A stretch of DNA of 64,000 nucleotides from an uncultured Candidatus Sumerlaeota bacterium (GCA_942493245.1 OW818685.1:3984493-4048492), one strand, 5' to 3'; positions 20,394 to 30,839 are shown, counted from the first letter of the stretch. Notes: generated from the letters alone by a model not told the origin. Made by a program: numbers and translations.

Positions 20394-20506
20394 GAGGTGG
20401 CATGGGCGTCTCGCCCATGAAGGGGATCCGGAACAAAAGACCCGAAACTCCCGGCCCTGCCGCCGAGAACGTCACAAATCACGGGCGGGACGCCCGGGCC
20501 ACCTCC
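20394..20506 (+). mobile_element. MITE-like 113-bp element, copy 1 (terminal inverted repeats gaggtggcatgggcg…/…cgcccgggccacctc)
   Basis: Manual alignment against the reverse complement of 45560-45672 shows about nine in ten positions identical across the whole element. Each end is itself a GC hairpin (catgggcg-tc-tcgcccatg and cacgggcg-gga-cgcccgg). Confidence 0.7.
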
Positions 20507-20565
20507 GGGCCTCCCCAAACGCAATCTCCGGTCTTCCCGTTATAGACCAACCGGGGACATTTTTT

Positions 20566-23181
20566 TCAATTTCCACTCGCAGCACGACCGGAATCAGGCA
20601 GTTTTCCCTGCCGATACGCATCCAGATAAGCTTCAATCTCCCGGACAGAATCCGTTTTATTGCCCTTGGAAGCCAGTTCCAGGGCCTCTTGCGCCAGCGA
20701 CAGAGCCTTCTCGAAGTCGCCCGTCTCCGCGTGATAAATACTCTGCAGGAACACCGGTTCCGACGCGTTCCGGTATCTGGAGTCCAATTCTACGACGGAA
20801 GCCAATTCCCTCGCCCCCTCTTCCATCTTTCCCTGCCGGTAGAACACCAGAGCCAGATTGTAGCGAATCGGCGCATTCTGTGGCGCCAATTGCGCGGCTT
20901 TTGCAAGATGGGTTTCCGCTTGGAGGTATTCCTTGTCGGCAAACAGAATCTTCCCCAAGTCCAGCCGGTTCCCAATATGGTTGGGTTGGAGGTTGAGCGC
21001 CTGGGTGTAGTAACGCTCCGCCTCGTCATATTTCTTCTGACGTCCCGCAATCTGGCCCAGTAAAGTGAGCGCTTCGGAATTTTGGGGATTGATCCGAATT
21101 ACCTGCAGGAAGTTGGGGGCCGCCAGATCCAACTTGCCCTGTTCCATCTGAGCCAATCCGAGGTTGTAATACACATCGCCATTCTGCGGATCGAGATCGA
21201 TCGCCTTCAGGAAACACTGTTCACTCTCGGCGAGTTCTTTCTGCTTATAGAGCGCGATCCCCAGGTCGCGCCAGGCGTTTGTCAGTTTGGGGGACAGGCG
21301 TACGGCTTCTCGGTACTCCACGATGGATTCCGGAATTTTCCCGCATGCCGCCAACGTTCTTCCGTAATTGTAATGGAGCAACGGATTTTCGGGAGCGACC
21401 GCGATTCCTTTTCCGAGAAACTCGATCGCTTCCCCCACCTTCTTCTGTTCGAGCAGGAGAGCCCCCAGACTGTTCAGTGCGCGGTCGTTCTGGGGGTTGA
21501 TTTCAATGGCTTTGCGATAAAACGAAATGGCTTTTTCCACATCCCCGAACTCAAAATTGGTATAGGCCGTCCGGGTAAACGAAATGTCGTTAATGTATTC
21601 CTGGCGCAGTTTCTGGATCGCGTCGTGATCGGTATTGACGAACTCGGGGATATTGGCCGCGTATTGAGGCTGAACAAAATGCGAAAGCGCTACGGGAGGC
21701 GTGCTGTTCCCCTCCTCGTCTATATGCGTGAGAAGCAATTGCGTGTACGGTCCATTGACCTTGGACGAGAAAACCAGCCATTTACTGTTGGGCGACCAGC
21801 TGTGCCACGAGTTCATGCGGTTTGTGTTGCACCGCAGCCGTCGCGCTTCGCCTCCCGCCGCCGGAACGATGTAGAGTTCGCTGTCTGCCTGCAGAAGCAT
21901 GAAACTGTTCGCCCGACAAAACACGATCCACTTCCCGTCCGGCGAATACTTGGGAAAATAGTTGCTCATGCCGTTGTTCGAGGCCCCTTCGAGCGGAACC
22001 GCCTCGCCGCCGTCGCCATTATTGTAAGGGATCCGGTACAGATCGAACTTGAATGTCTCATCGCCCTTGATGAATTCCTCACACTCCGCCGCGGTCAAGA
22101 TGATGTTCTCGTTGGACGATTCCGAAAGATTCTTCAGATTGTAACTCGTATGCCGCGCAAAAAGGACCTCTTGCCCATCCGGACTCCAAGACGGATTGGC
22201 CTGCACATAGGTCGGGTCGGAAGCGCCCGACAGCGCTTTGAATGTCTTCGTCTCGATGTTGTAATTGAAGAGAACCCCACGGATCGGGAAAAACAACTGC
22301 GAAAATTCAATCCCCGGCATCGGCAGAAAGACCGACCGGTCCTTGACCATGCAGAGCACGTTTTTCCCATCGGGCGCAATTTGAGCCAGAAGGCCGAAAG
22401 TGTTTTTCGGATTCTTCGGCTCACAGTCGCTCCAGGTGATGATTTTGTCGGTTGAAATCGCGATTTCTTTCTCCACCGGGGCGATCAGGTACGAGCCTTT
22501 ATCATTGGCAAAATCCACATCCATCGCAAACGTTTTGCCGTCCCGGCTGAACGAGTGGCAGTTCGCACAGGACGGAATGCCGTCGAGCAACAGGCGCGGT
22601 TCTTCGCGCTTCGAGACGGAACCGAAGCGCCACCGAATGCGGGACGTGTCCTTAACGGCATCGATAAACGGCAGGGGAACTTCCCGGAAAAAGATGGGCG
22701 CTCCCACCTCGTCCTTCGAAGTGGCGATCGAGATCCTCGCGCCCGAGAGCAATGTCTTCGGCTTCGAACGCTGGACTCCGAGGATCGAGACACGAACCGG
22801 ACTCTCGGTCGAGCGTTTCTTGATCGTGGCCCAATCTTCTTCGCTCGGCGTCCATTCCTTCTTATCCGAGAGAAACCGCATCGGTTCGCCTTTATCCTGA
22901 AAGTCGAACACGAGACCCCAGCAATCCGCATCGAGCAGGGTGTCGGCCCAGCGGAAGGAGGGAGCGACAATGTCGGCTGGGAACAGGGTTTCGTCGAGCG
23001 GGTAATGGATCTGCAACTTGCCGGAGGGCGCCTGTTCGGCCGAAAATGCCGACAGGGTCCGCATCAGACGGGTGTGCTGATCGCCTCCGCAGTTGCGGGA
23101 CCAATACACACCCCCCCCGATCAGGCAGGCCAGAAAAATCACCGCGGCGAGAATATAAACAGAGCGACACCGGTAGCTCAT
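20566..23181 (-). CDS. membrane-anchored TolB-like beta-propeller (PD40/WD40-like) + TPR repeat protein
   Basis: 871 aa with an N-terminal TM anchor. The central region has SPDG/YSPDGKW-type PD40 repeats. The C-terminal ~350 aa are tandem TPR-like repeats. Confidence 0.75.
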   Translation of the reverse strand: MSYRCRSVYILAAVIFLACLIGGGVYWSRNCGGDQHTRLMRTLSAFSAEQAPSGKLQIHYPLDETLFPADIVAPSFRWADTLLDADCWGLVFDFQDKGEPMRFLSDKKEWTPSEEDWATIKKRSTESPVRVSILGVQRSKPKTLLSGARISIATSKDEVGAPIFFREVPLPFIDAVKDTSRIRWRFGSVSKREEPRLLLDGIPSCANCHSFSRDGKTFAMDVDFANDKGSYLIAPVEKEIAISTDKIITWSDCEPKNPKNTFGLLAQIAPDGKNVLCMVKDRSVFLPMPGIEFSQLFFPIRGVLFNYNIETKTFKALSGASDPTYVQANPSWSPDGQEVLFARHTSYNLKNLSESSNENIILTAAECEEFIKGDETFKFDLYRIPYNNGDGGEAVPLEGASNNGMSNYFPKYSPDGKWIVFCRANSFMLLQADSELYIVPAAGGEARRLRCNTNRMNSWHSWSPNSKWLVFSSKVNGPYTQLLLTHIDEEGNSTPPVALSHFVQPQYAANIPEFVNTDHDAIQKLRQEYINDISFTRTAYTNFEFGDVEKAISFYRKAIEINPQNDRALNSLGALLLEQKKVGEAIEFLGKGIAVAPENPLLHYNYGRTLAACGKIPESIVEYREAVRLSPKLTNAWRDLGIALYKQKELAESEQCFLKAIDLDPQNGDVYYNLGLAQMEQGKLDLAAPNFLQVIRINPQNSEALTLLGQIAGRQKKYDEAERYYTQALNLQPNHIGNRLDLGKILFADKEYLQAETHLAKAAQLAPQNAPIRYNLALVFYRQGKMEEGARELASVVELDSRYRNASEPVFLQSIYHAETGDFEKALSLAQEALELASKGNKTDSVREIEAYLDAYRQGKLPDSGRAASGN

Positions 23182-23603
23182 AAGCGTTCGGCCTCCAACA
23201 TCATTCTGAATCTATGTATTACCTAAAAAAGAAAGCGGGTTCCGAAGAACCGTCCCGACGTTAGTCAACCTCTTCGGGTTTCGCAAGAACAAATGCAAGA
23301 GAGTATGAGAAAACTTTTCAAACTCTTCATTGTCCTGGTTCGACAAGGTTCAAGTTCATATTCACACAGAGGAGATCCGGAAAAAGAGAACAAACTCCGA
23401 CACAACGCGAGTCGTTCACGCCAGAGGAGAAAACGAGAACGGACAATCAAAAGAATTTCCCCGTGATTCCAGAATCATCGTAAGATTGTCCAAATGAGTC
23501 CCCAAATCCTCCATTGCAAACCGCCGCAGGTGCGGTTATGGTCCTGAATTGTGTGGAATTGCGCGAGATTGTTGTCTGACTGGAAAGAAAAAGGAGAGAA
23601 CCC

Positions 23604-26600
23604 ATGTATCCCTCAGGAAAAATTCGTTACCGCGGTCTGATGAGTCTCATGCTGCTTCTGGCCGGAATCGCCTGTTCATATGCGGCGGAGCCCCTGACGC
23701 AGCAAACCCTCCCGCTGGCCGGCGAGTGGCGGTGTCGTCTCGACCCAAAGGGAGAAGGCGAAAAGTTGGGGTGGGCCGGCAAACCCCTCGAAACAACCTC
23801 AACAGTCCGTCTGCCCGGCTCTTTGTCCGAGAGCGGACTGGGCGACCCGCCTTCTCTGAAAACCAAATGGACCGGCGGAACCCAGAACAGTCCCTTCTTC
23901 ACCGACCCCGCATACGCCCCTTACCGCGATCCGGCAAACTTCAAAGTCCCCTTCTGGTTGACCCCGGTGAAATACTACGTGGGACCGGCCTGGTACGAAC
24001 GCGAGATTGAGGTGCCCGCCGACTGGGCGAACGGGCAGCGCCGCGTCACGCTCTTCCTCGAACGCCTCCATTGGGAAACCCGCCTCTGGGTGGATGGACG
24101 CCTGACCGGAACGGGCAACAGCCTCGCCACACCCCACGAATTCACGCTCGACAATCTCAAACCAGGCAAACACCGCCTGACCCTGCGGGTGGACAACACC
24201 GTGCGGATCGGGGTGGGTCTGGACGCCCACAGCGTCTCCGACCACACCCAGTCGAACTGGAACGGGGTCGTGGGGAAAATGGAACTGCGCGCCGGCGCCC
24301 CGTCGGTCTGGATCGAAGACCTCCAGATCTACCCCGATCTGGCGACCCGGAGCGTCAAGATCCGCGCCACCGTCACCGCCGCCCCTCAAAAACAGACCGA
24401 AGGGTTCCTGACTCTGAGCGCCCAGGCCAATTGGGAAAACCGTTCCCACGCGCCCGCCCCGAAGACCGTCCCCATCTCGATTCAGGCGGCCACGCCCAAA
24501 ACGGTCGAGGTGGACTACCCGATGGGAGACGACTTTCTGCCGTGGGATGAGTTCACTCCTGCCGTGTATGCCATGACCGCCCAGATCAAGACGCAGGAGT
24601 CGGGACCGGCGGTTGCCGAAACCGTCCAGCGTTTCGGCATGCGCCAGATCGGCGCCGAGGCGCGGCAGATCACGATCAACGGTCAGAAACGCTTCCCGCG
24701 CGGCACGCTCGAATGCAGCATCTTCCCGCTGACGGGGTACCCACCCACGGACAAGGCGTCCTGGGCGCGGATCATGAAAGTTCTCAAGGCCCACGGTCTC
24801 AACCACCTGCGTTTCCACTCCTGGTGCCCGCCCGAAGCGGCGTTCGACGCGGCGGACGAAGCCGGGGTCTATTTCCAGATCGAGTGCGACTCCTGGGCCA
24901 CCGTCGGCGACGGCAAGCCGATTGACTCCTTTGTGTACGCCGAAGGCGACCGCATCCTGAAGGAATACGGCAACCACCCCTCGTTCTGCTTCCTGCTCTA
25001 TGGAAACGAACCCAGCGGGAAAAACCAGAACCGCTATCTGGGCGATCTGGTCAATTCCTGGAAGAAAAAAGACCCGCGCCGACTCTACAGCAGCGCGTCG
25101 GGCTGGCCCAGCATCCCCGAGAACCAGTTTCACGTGACCCCCACCCCGCGCGTTCAGGCTTGGGGCGATGGACTGAAAAGCCGCGTGAACGCCCGAGCGC
25201 CCGAGACCACAACCGACTACACGAACTTCATTTCCCAGTACGAAGTCCCGGTCATCAGCCACGAAATCGGCCAGTGGTGCGTCTATCCGAATTTCGACGA
25301 GATCGCGAAATACAAGGGCGTGCTCCAGGCGCGCAATTTCGAAATCTTCCGCGACAGTCTGAAAGCCAACCACATGTTCGACCAGGCGCACGACTTCCTG
25401 ATCGCCTCGGGCAAACTCCAGACCCTCCTCTATAAAGAGGACATCGAGTCGGCCCTCCGCACCCCGGGGTTCGGCGGTTTCCAACTCCTCGACCTCCACG
25501 ATTTCCCCGGTCAGGGCACCGCCCTCGTCGGGGTACTCGACCCCTTCTGGGACTCGAAAGGCTACGTCACACCCGAGGAATACCACCGTTTCGCCTGTGA
25601 AACAGTCCCACTCGCCCGGATGGAAAAACGCTACTGGACCACGGCGGAAACCCTCCAGGCCGAGATTCAGGTAGCGCACTTCGGCCCCACTCCTCTGAAA
25701 GGCGCCTCGATTCAATGGAGCCTCTCCGATGCCTCGGGCAAGGAGATCGCAAAAGGCGAAACGGAGAAAAAAGACATCCCGCTCGGAAACGGACGGTTGG
25801 GTCTCTCCCTGTCCACCCCATTGAGTGCCGTCGCGGCACCCGCCCAATGCGTGCTGACCCTCGCAATTGCCGGAACGCCCTACAGCAACAGTTGGGACCT
25901 CTGGGTCTATCCGGCCCAGATCGAAACGAAAGCCCCCGAGACCGTCACCATCGCCGAAGAGTTGACTCCTGAAGTCCTGCAGAAACTCGAAGCCGGAGGC
26001 AAGGTGTTGCTTCTGCCCGCCCCCCTCACCGTGAAGGGAGACAAGTTCGGCCCCGTACCCGCCGGGTTCTCGAGCATCTTCTGGAACACCGCCTGGACCA
26101 ACCGCCAGCCCCCCGTCACGCTGGGCGTTCTCTGCGATCCCAAACACCCCGCTCTGGCCGACTTCCCCACCGAATCGCACAGCAACTGGCAGTGGTGGGA
26201 TCTGATCCACGGCTCGCAGATTCTGATTCTCAACGACCTGCCCGCCGAACTGCGCCCCGTCGTGCAGGTGATTGACGACTGGGTCACGAACCGGCGCCTG
26301 GGTCTGGTTTTCGAGGCAAAAGTGGGGCAGGGCCGCCTCGTGGTGTGCGGCGCCGACCTCCAGAACGACCTGGCCAACCGCCCCGTCGCGCGCCAGATGC
26401 GCGCCAGCCTGTTGCGTTACATGAACGCCGAGACCTTCAATCCCCCAGTCTCAATCAGGGCCGACGCGCTGAAATCACTCTTCCAGAAACCCTCGATCCG
26501 GGGCAAAGTGGTTTCGGTGGACAGTGAAATCCCCGGATACGAAGGGGAAAACGTCCTCGACAACAACCCCGCAACCTGTTGGCACACCCAGTGGCAGGGA

Positions 26601-26915
26601 GACAACGTCCCGAAGTTCCCGCATGAGATTCAGATCCGTCTGGAGAAACCGGCCGAGATCCGGAGTTTCAGCGTGACCCCCCGGACAGACATTCGGAACG
26701 GCGACTTTGCCCAATACGCCTTTTACGTGAGCGCGGATGGGAAAGAATGGGGAACACCGGTCGCGGAAGGGACCTTTACCCAATTCTATCAGCCGCGCAC
26801 CGTCGAATTGAAAAAGCCCGTGCTGGGTCAATTCATCCGTCTGGTTGCGTTGTCCGGTGACGCCAGCCAGAATTACGTGGCGATCGCGGAATTGGCGCTT
26901 CAAACGGACAAGTAA
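23604..26915 (+). CDS. secreted glycoside hydrolase family 2 protein with C-terminal F5/8 type C (discoidin) domain
   Basis: A signal peptide is present. The GH2 TIM-barrel region includes the YGNEP acid/base motif (…FCFLLYGNEPSG). The C-terminal discoidin-like region is …VLDNNPATCWHTQW…QYAFYVSADGKEWG… AAAGGAGAG lies upstream of the ATG. Confidence 0.85.
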   Translation: MYPSGKIRYRGLMSLMLLLAGIACSYAAEPLTQQTLPLAGEWRCRLDPKGEGEKLGWAGKPLETTSTVRLPGSLSESGLGDPPSLKTKWTGGTQNSPFFTDPAYAPYRDPANFKVPFWLTPVKYYVGPAWYEREIEVPADWANGQRRVTLFLERLHWETRLWVDGRLTGTGNSLATPHEFTLDNLKPGKHRLTLRVDNTVRIGVGLDAHSVSDHTQSNWNGVVGKMELRAGAPSVWIEDLQIYPDLATRSVKIRATVTAAPQKQTEGFLTLSAQANWENRSHAPAPKTVPISIQAATPKTVEVDYPMGDDFLPWDEFTPAVYAMTAQIKTQESGPAVAETVQRFGMRQIGAEARQITINGQKRFPRGTLECSIFPLTGYPPTDKASWARIMKVLKAHGLNHLRFHSWCPPEAAFDAADEAGVYFQIECDSWATVGDGKPIDSFVYAEGDRILKEYGNHPSFCFLLYGNEPSGKNQNRYLGDLVNSWKKKDPRRLYSSASGWPSIPENQFHVTPTPRVQAWGDGLKSRVNARAPETTTDYTNFISQYEVPVISHEIGQWCVYPNFDEIAKYKGVLQARNFEIFRDSLKANHMFDQAHDFLIASGKLQTLLYKEDIESALRTPGFGGFQLLDLHDFPGQGTALVGVLDPFWDSKGYVTPEEYHRFACETVPLARMEKRYWTTAETLQAEIQVAHFGPTPLKGASIQWSLSDASGKEIAKGETEKKDIPLGNGRLGLSLSTPLSAVAAPAQCVLTLAIAGTPYSNSWDLWVYPAQIETKAPETVTIAEELTPEVLQKLEAGGKVLLLPAPLTVKGDKFGPVPAGFSSIFWNTAWTNRQPPVTLGVLCDPKHPALADFPTESHSNWQWWDLIHGSQILILNDLPAELRPVVQVIDDWVTNRRLGLVFEAKVGQGRLVVCGADLQNDLANRPVARQMRASLLRYMNAETFNPPVSIRADALKSLFQKPSIRGKVVSVDSEIPGYEGENVLDNNPATCWHTQWQGDNVPKFPHEIQIRLEKPAEIRSFSVTPRTDIRNGDFAQYAFYVSADGKEWGTPVAEGTFTQFYQPRTVELKKPVLGQFIRLVALSGDASQNYVAIAELALQTDK

Positions 26916-26946
26916 CCAACCCGGCCCGAAAACAAGAAACCGTATA

Positions 26947-26994
26947 AAATTCAAAGGGGGCATGGGCTTTACGGCCCATGCCCCCTTTGAATTT
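26947..26994. repeat. perfect 21-bp-stem palindrome (aaattcaaagggggcatgggc-tttacg-gcccatgccccctttgaattt)
   Basis: It is directly visible in the sequence. It lies 32 nt after the GH2 stop and ~225 nt before the next gene. No U-tract follows. Confidence 0.8.
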
Positions 26995-27219
26995 CACCAT
27001 GAGTTCCCTCAACACACGTGGGCTATACCGCTCGCGTATCCGAAAAAACGCCCGCACTTGCAGAATACGCATGACAGAAACTCGTTTTTCAGGATATGGT
27101 GCAGCGGCAGGGGTAAACTCGAAAATCTTGAGGTCAAGGCTATTGCGGAAAATCCCCATCAGAAACAAGAAGAGGGTCTGTCCGTACCGTACGAACAAAG
27201 TGGCGCGAGGAGTATTGGG

Positions 27220-30006
27220 ATGCGAAGTTTCGGGATGATCAGGGTAATTCTCACGATGTGGATGCTCGTATCCACCGTTGGCCGGGCAGAAGTGGCATTC
27301 TACGTGTCCCCCACCGGTAACGATAACAACCCCGGCTCCCTGGAACAACCCTTCGCGACCCTCAAACGCGCCCGCGACACCGCGCGCGAAGTGCCCCGCC
27401 ACGAGCCGATCGTCCTGTACCTGCGCGCCGGCTCCTATTACTTGAACGAGACGCTGGAATTCAAAGAAAAAGACTCCGGTACGGAACAGGCCCCTCTCAC
27501 CTTGCGCAACTGGCCCGGCGAACGGGTGGTTCTCAGCGGCGGCAAGCGCCTGGATCTCAAATGGGAACCGTTTCAAAAAGGCATCTTCAAAGCGAATGTA
27601 CCCGCCGATCAAATGAAAGGACTGGCCGTGGACCAGCTGTTCGTCAACGGCCAGCGTCAGATTCTGGCAAGGTATCCCAATTACGATCCTTCAATCCGTT
27701 ACTTTCAGGGTTTCTCGGGCGACTCGACCAGCCCCGAACGAGTCAAACGCTGGAACGATCCGACGGGGGGATTTGTCCACGCCATGCACAACTCCCACTG
27801 GGGCAGCATGCATTTCCGCATTCGAGGTAAAGAAAATCAGGAAAAGCTCCAACTCGAAGGGGGGTGGCAGAACAACCGCCCCGAAGGGGGCTTTCACCCC
27901 GAGCACCGCTTCGTCGAGAACATCTTCGAGGAACTCGACGCGCCGGGAGAATGGTTCTACGACTGGGGGAAAGGTCTCCTCTATTTCATGCCCCCCCCGG
28001 ACCTGGATCTGGCCTCCGCCCGCTTTGAGGTCAGCGGCCTCAAGAGTCTGATCGAACTGCGCGGCTCCAACAAAAATCCCATCCGCTTCATCAACATCCA
28101 GGGGATCACCTTCGCCCACACGGCGCGAACGTTCATGGAACCCATGGAGCCCCTTTTGCGCAGCGACTGGATGATCTACCGCGGTGGAACGATTTTCCTC
28201 GAGGGAACGGAACAGTGCCGCATTCAGGATTGCTTTCTGGATCAGGTGGGCGGCAACGCCCTCTTTGTGAGCGATTACAACCGCGACCTCGAAATCACGG
28301 GATGCAAAATCGTCGGAGCCGGAGCCAGCGGCGTTTGTTTCGTGGGCGACACCGACTGCGTCCGTTCCCCCTCCTTCCACTACAGCAAATCCGTGGATCT
28401 GGACCGAATGGACTGGACGCCCGGCCCGAAGGGCAACAACTTCCCGGCCCGCTGCGTACTGCGAGACAATCTGATCCACACCATCGGAACGGTTGAAAAA
28501 CAGACGGCCGGCGTCGAAATCTCCATGTCGCAAGACATCACCGTCAGCCACAACAGCATCTACCGCACACCCCGCGCCGGCATCAACATCGGCGACGGGA
28601 CCTGGGGCGGGCACCTCATCGAGTGGAACGACGTATTCGACACCGTCCTCGAAACCGGCGACCACGGAGCGTTCAATTCCTGGGGACGCGACCGCTACTG
28701 GCGCTCCAACTCCAGGCAGATGCAACGCCAATGCGCCGAACATCCCGACCTGCCTCTGCTCGATGTCGTCAAGCCGATCGAATTGCGCTTCAACCGCTGG
28801 CGCTGCGACCACGGCTGGGATATCGACTTGGACGACGGATCGAGCAACTACCGCATCTTCGGCAACCTCTGTCTCAATGGCGGCATCAAACTGCGCGAGG
28901 GTTTCAACCGCACGGTCGAAAACAACATCCTGGTCAACAACAGCCTCCACCCGCACGTCTGGTTCAAGAACTCCAACGACCGCTTTGTCTGCAACATCGT
29001 CCAGAACGCCTACCAGCCCATCCAGATGAGCGCCTGGGGGAAAGAGATAAACTTCAATCTCCTGCCCGACACGCAAGCCCTCGAACAGTCCCGGAAATTG
29101 AACCTCGACCTGCAGAGCAAAGCGGGTAATCCGATGTTCGAGAACCCGAAACAAGGCGACTATCGCGTCCGCAACGGATCGCCCGCCCTCGATCTGGGAT
29201 TCCAGAATATCCGCATGGACCAGTTCGGCGTTCTCAAACCGACCTTGCGGCTCGAAGCCGAACAACCCCTCTTCAAAGACGCCCCCGCGCCCGCGCCCCA
29301 AAACCGGCAAGACACCGCGGAGCACACTTGGCTGGGCGCGCGGGTCAAGAACGTCACCACCCTCGGCGAGCGCTCGGTCGCCGGGTTGCCCGACCAGTCC
29401 GGCCTGCGAATACTCGAAGCGCCCGACAATTCCCTGGCCCAGCGGGTCGGCCTGAAAGACGGGGACGTCCTGACGCAGTGCGCTGGAGAGAAAGTAACCG
29501 ATTACGAGACCCTTCTGTTCATTTTCGAAAAAGCGTCCCCAACCGCCAACATTCTCCCCCTGCAGGTCTTCCGAAACCAGAAAGCCCGGAACTTGAACTT
29601 CGACACCCGGCAATGGGCCGTGCTGTCCGCGCGTCAGGCCCATATCGGCGGCTCGGCGCCTTTGCCCAAATACGATGCGCAGAAAGACTACATCGGCGCC
29701 TGGACCCATGCCGACGCGTTCCTCGAATGGAAAGACGTGCGTCTGGCGCCGGGCAAGTACCGCGTCCGCATGCTCCTCGCCTGTCAACCCGGTTCCGAAG
29801 GCAGCGTCCTGGCCATTGAATGCAACGGCCATCAATATGCCGTCAAAGTCCCGGCCACCCGAACCGCCGAGGATTTCACGATCGTTCGCGCCGGTACACT
29901 CGAAATTACGAACGCGGAAAAACAGACCTTTGCGATACGCCCGACAAAAAAAACCGGCCCCAGCGTGATGAACCTGCGCCGAGTCGAACTCGTCCGCGTC
30001 CCCTGA
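27220..30006 (+). CDS. secreted right-handed parallel beta-helix protein with PDZ domain and C-terminal beta-sandwich (CBM-like) domain
   Basis: A signal peptide is present (MRSFGMIRVILTMWMLVSTVGRA). Beta-helix repeat segments are present (…NALFVSD…ITGCKIVGAG…NSIYRTPRAGINIG…). A PDZ-like segment is present (GLRILEAPDNSLAQRVGLKDGDVLTQCAG). The start is placed at ATG 27220, not at the upstream in-frame extension. Confidence 0.75.
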   Translation: MRSFGMIRVILTMWMLVSTVGRAEVAFYVSPTGNDNNPGSLEQPFATLKRARDTAREVPRHEPIVLYLRAGSYYLNETLEFKEKDSGTEQAPLTLRNWPGERVVLSGGKRLDLKWEPFQKGIFKANVPADQMKGLAVDQLFVNGQRQILARYPNYDPSIRYFQGFSGDSTSPERVKRWNDPTGGFVHAMHNSHWGSMHFRIRGKENQEKLQLEGGWQNNRPEGGFHPEHRFVENIFEELDAPGEWFYDWGKGLLYFMPPPDLDLASARFEVSGLKSLIELRGSNKNPIRFINIQGITFAHTARTFMEPMEPLLRSDWMIYRGGTIFLEGTEQCRIQDCFLDQVGGNALFVSDYNRDLEITGCKIVGAGASGVCFVGDTDCVRSPSFHYSKSVDLDRMDWTPGPKGNNFPARCVLRDNLIHTIGTVEKQTAGVEISMSQDITVSHNSIYRTPRAGINIGDGTWGGHLIEWNDVFDTVLETGDHGAFNSWGRDRYWRSNSRQMQRQCAEHPDLPLLDVVKPIELRFNRWRCDHGWDIDLDDGSSNYRIFGNLCLNGGIKLREGFNRTVENNILVNNSLHPHVWFKNSNDRFVCNIVQNAYQPIQMSAWGKEINFNLLPDTQALEQSRKLNLDLQSKAGNPMFENPKQGDYRVRNGSPALDLGFQNIRMDQFGVLKPTLRLEAEQPLFKDAPAPAPQNRQDTAEHTWLGARVKNVTTLGERSVAGLPDQSGLRILEAPDNSLAQRVGLKDGDVLTQCAGEKVTDYETLLFIFEKASPTANILPLQVFRNQKARNLNFDTRQWAVLSARQAHIGGSAPLPKYDAQKDYIGAWTHADAFLEWKDVRLAPGKYRVRMLLACQPGSEGSVLAIECNGHQYAVKVPATRTAEDFTIVRAGTLEITNAEKQTFAIRPTKKTGPSVMNLRRVELVRVP

Positions 30007-30014
30007 GGTCCAGA

Positions 30015-30839
30015 ATGTCTTCACTCTGGACGGAGCCATCGGTACTGCAAAGAAAAACAGCGAGACTGCCCTCTATGGACATTCGACAACTGCAAAAGAA
30101 CTGGGACGCCTATGGTCGAAAAGACCCGCTTTTCGCCATCGTTTCGTGGGCCGACAAGAAAAACAACAAGTGGGATCTCGAAGAATTCCTGCAACTCGGC
30201 GTTCAGGAAGTGGACGCCCTCCTGAACGACATCGCCGGACAGAACCGTCGTCTGGGACGCGGCAATGCCCTCGATTTCGGTTGTGGGGTTGGACGCCTGA
30301 CCCAGGCCCTGGCGCCTCACTTCGACCAGGTCTCAGGGGTGGACATCGCCCCTTCGATGATTGATCAGGCCCGGAAAATCAACCGTTTCGGCGACAAGTG
30401 CCAATACCACCTCAACGAACAGAGCGACCTGCGTCTCTTCCCGGACAATCACTTCGATTTCATCTACACCAACATCACCCTGCAACACATGGAACCCCGT
30501 TACTCGAAGGGGTACCTGTGCGAGTTCCTCCGCGTCCTCAAACCGGACGGCCTCCTGATCTTCCAGCAAACGGGCGAACGCATCGCCCCTCCTGTGACGG
30601 TCCCGGAAAAGACCGGATGGCTCCGGCGTCTCTACCGCTCACTCCCGGAACCCCTCCGGAACCTCATCCAGAGCGTCAGAGGCCTCCGAGTTCAGGAACC
30701 CCGCATGGAAATGTACGGAATCCCGCGCGACGAAGTGACCCGGTTCTTGACCGACCACGGCGGACGCCTGATTGACGTGACCGAAAATAAAAGCGGCGGC
30801 CCCAGCTGGACCAGTTTCCGTTACTGCGTCACCAAATAG
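30015..30839 (+). CDS. class I SAM-dependent methyltransferase
   Basis: Motif I is present (ALDFGCGVGRL), followed by a Methyltransf_11-like core. ATG 30075 is an alternative start. Confidence 0.75.
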   Translation: MSSLWTEPSVLQRKTARLPSMDIRQLQKNWDAYGRKDPLFAIVSWADKKNNKWDLEEFLQLGVQEVDALLNDIAGQNRRLGRGNALDFGCGVGRLTQALAPHFDQVSGVDIAPSMIDQARKINRFGDKCQYHLNEQSDLRLFPDNHFDFIYTNITLQHMEPRYSKGYLCEFLRVLKPDGLLIFQQTGERIAPPVTVPEKTGWLRRLYRSLPEPLRNLIQSVRGLRVQEPRMEMYGIPRDEVTRFLTDHGGRLIDVTENKSGGPSWTSFRYCVTK

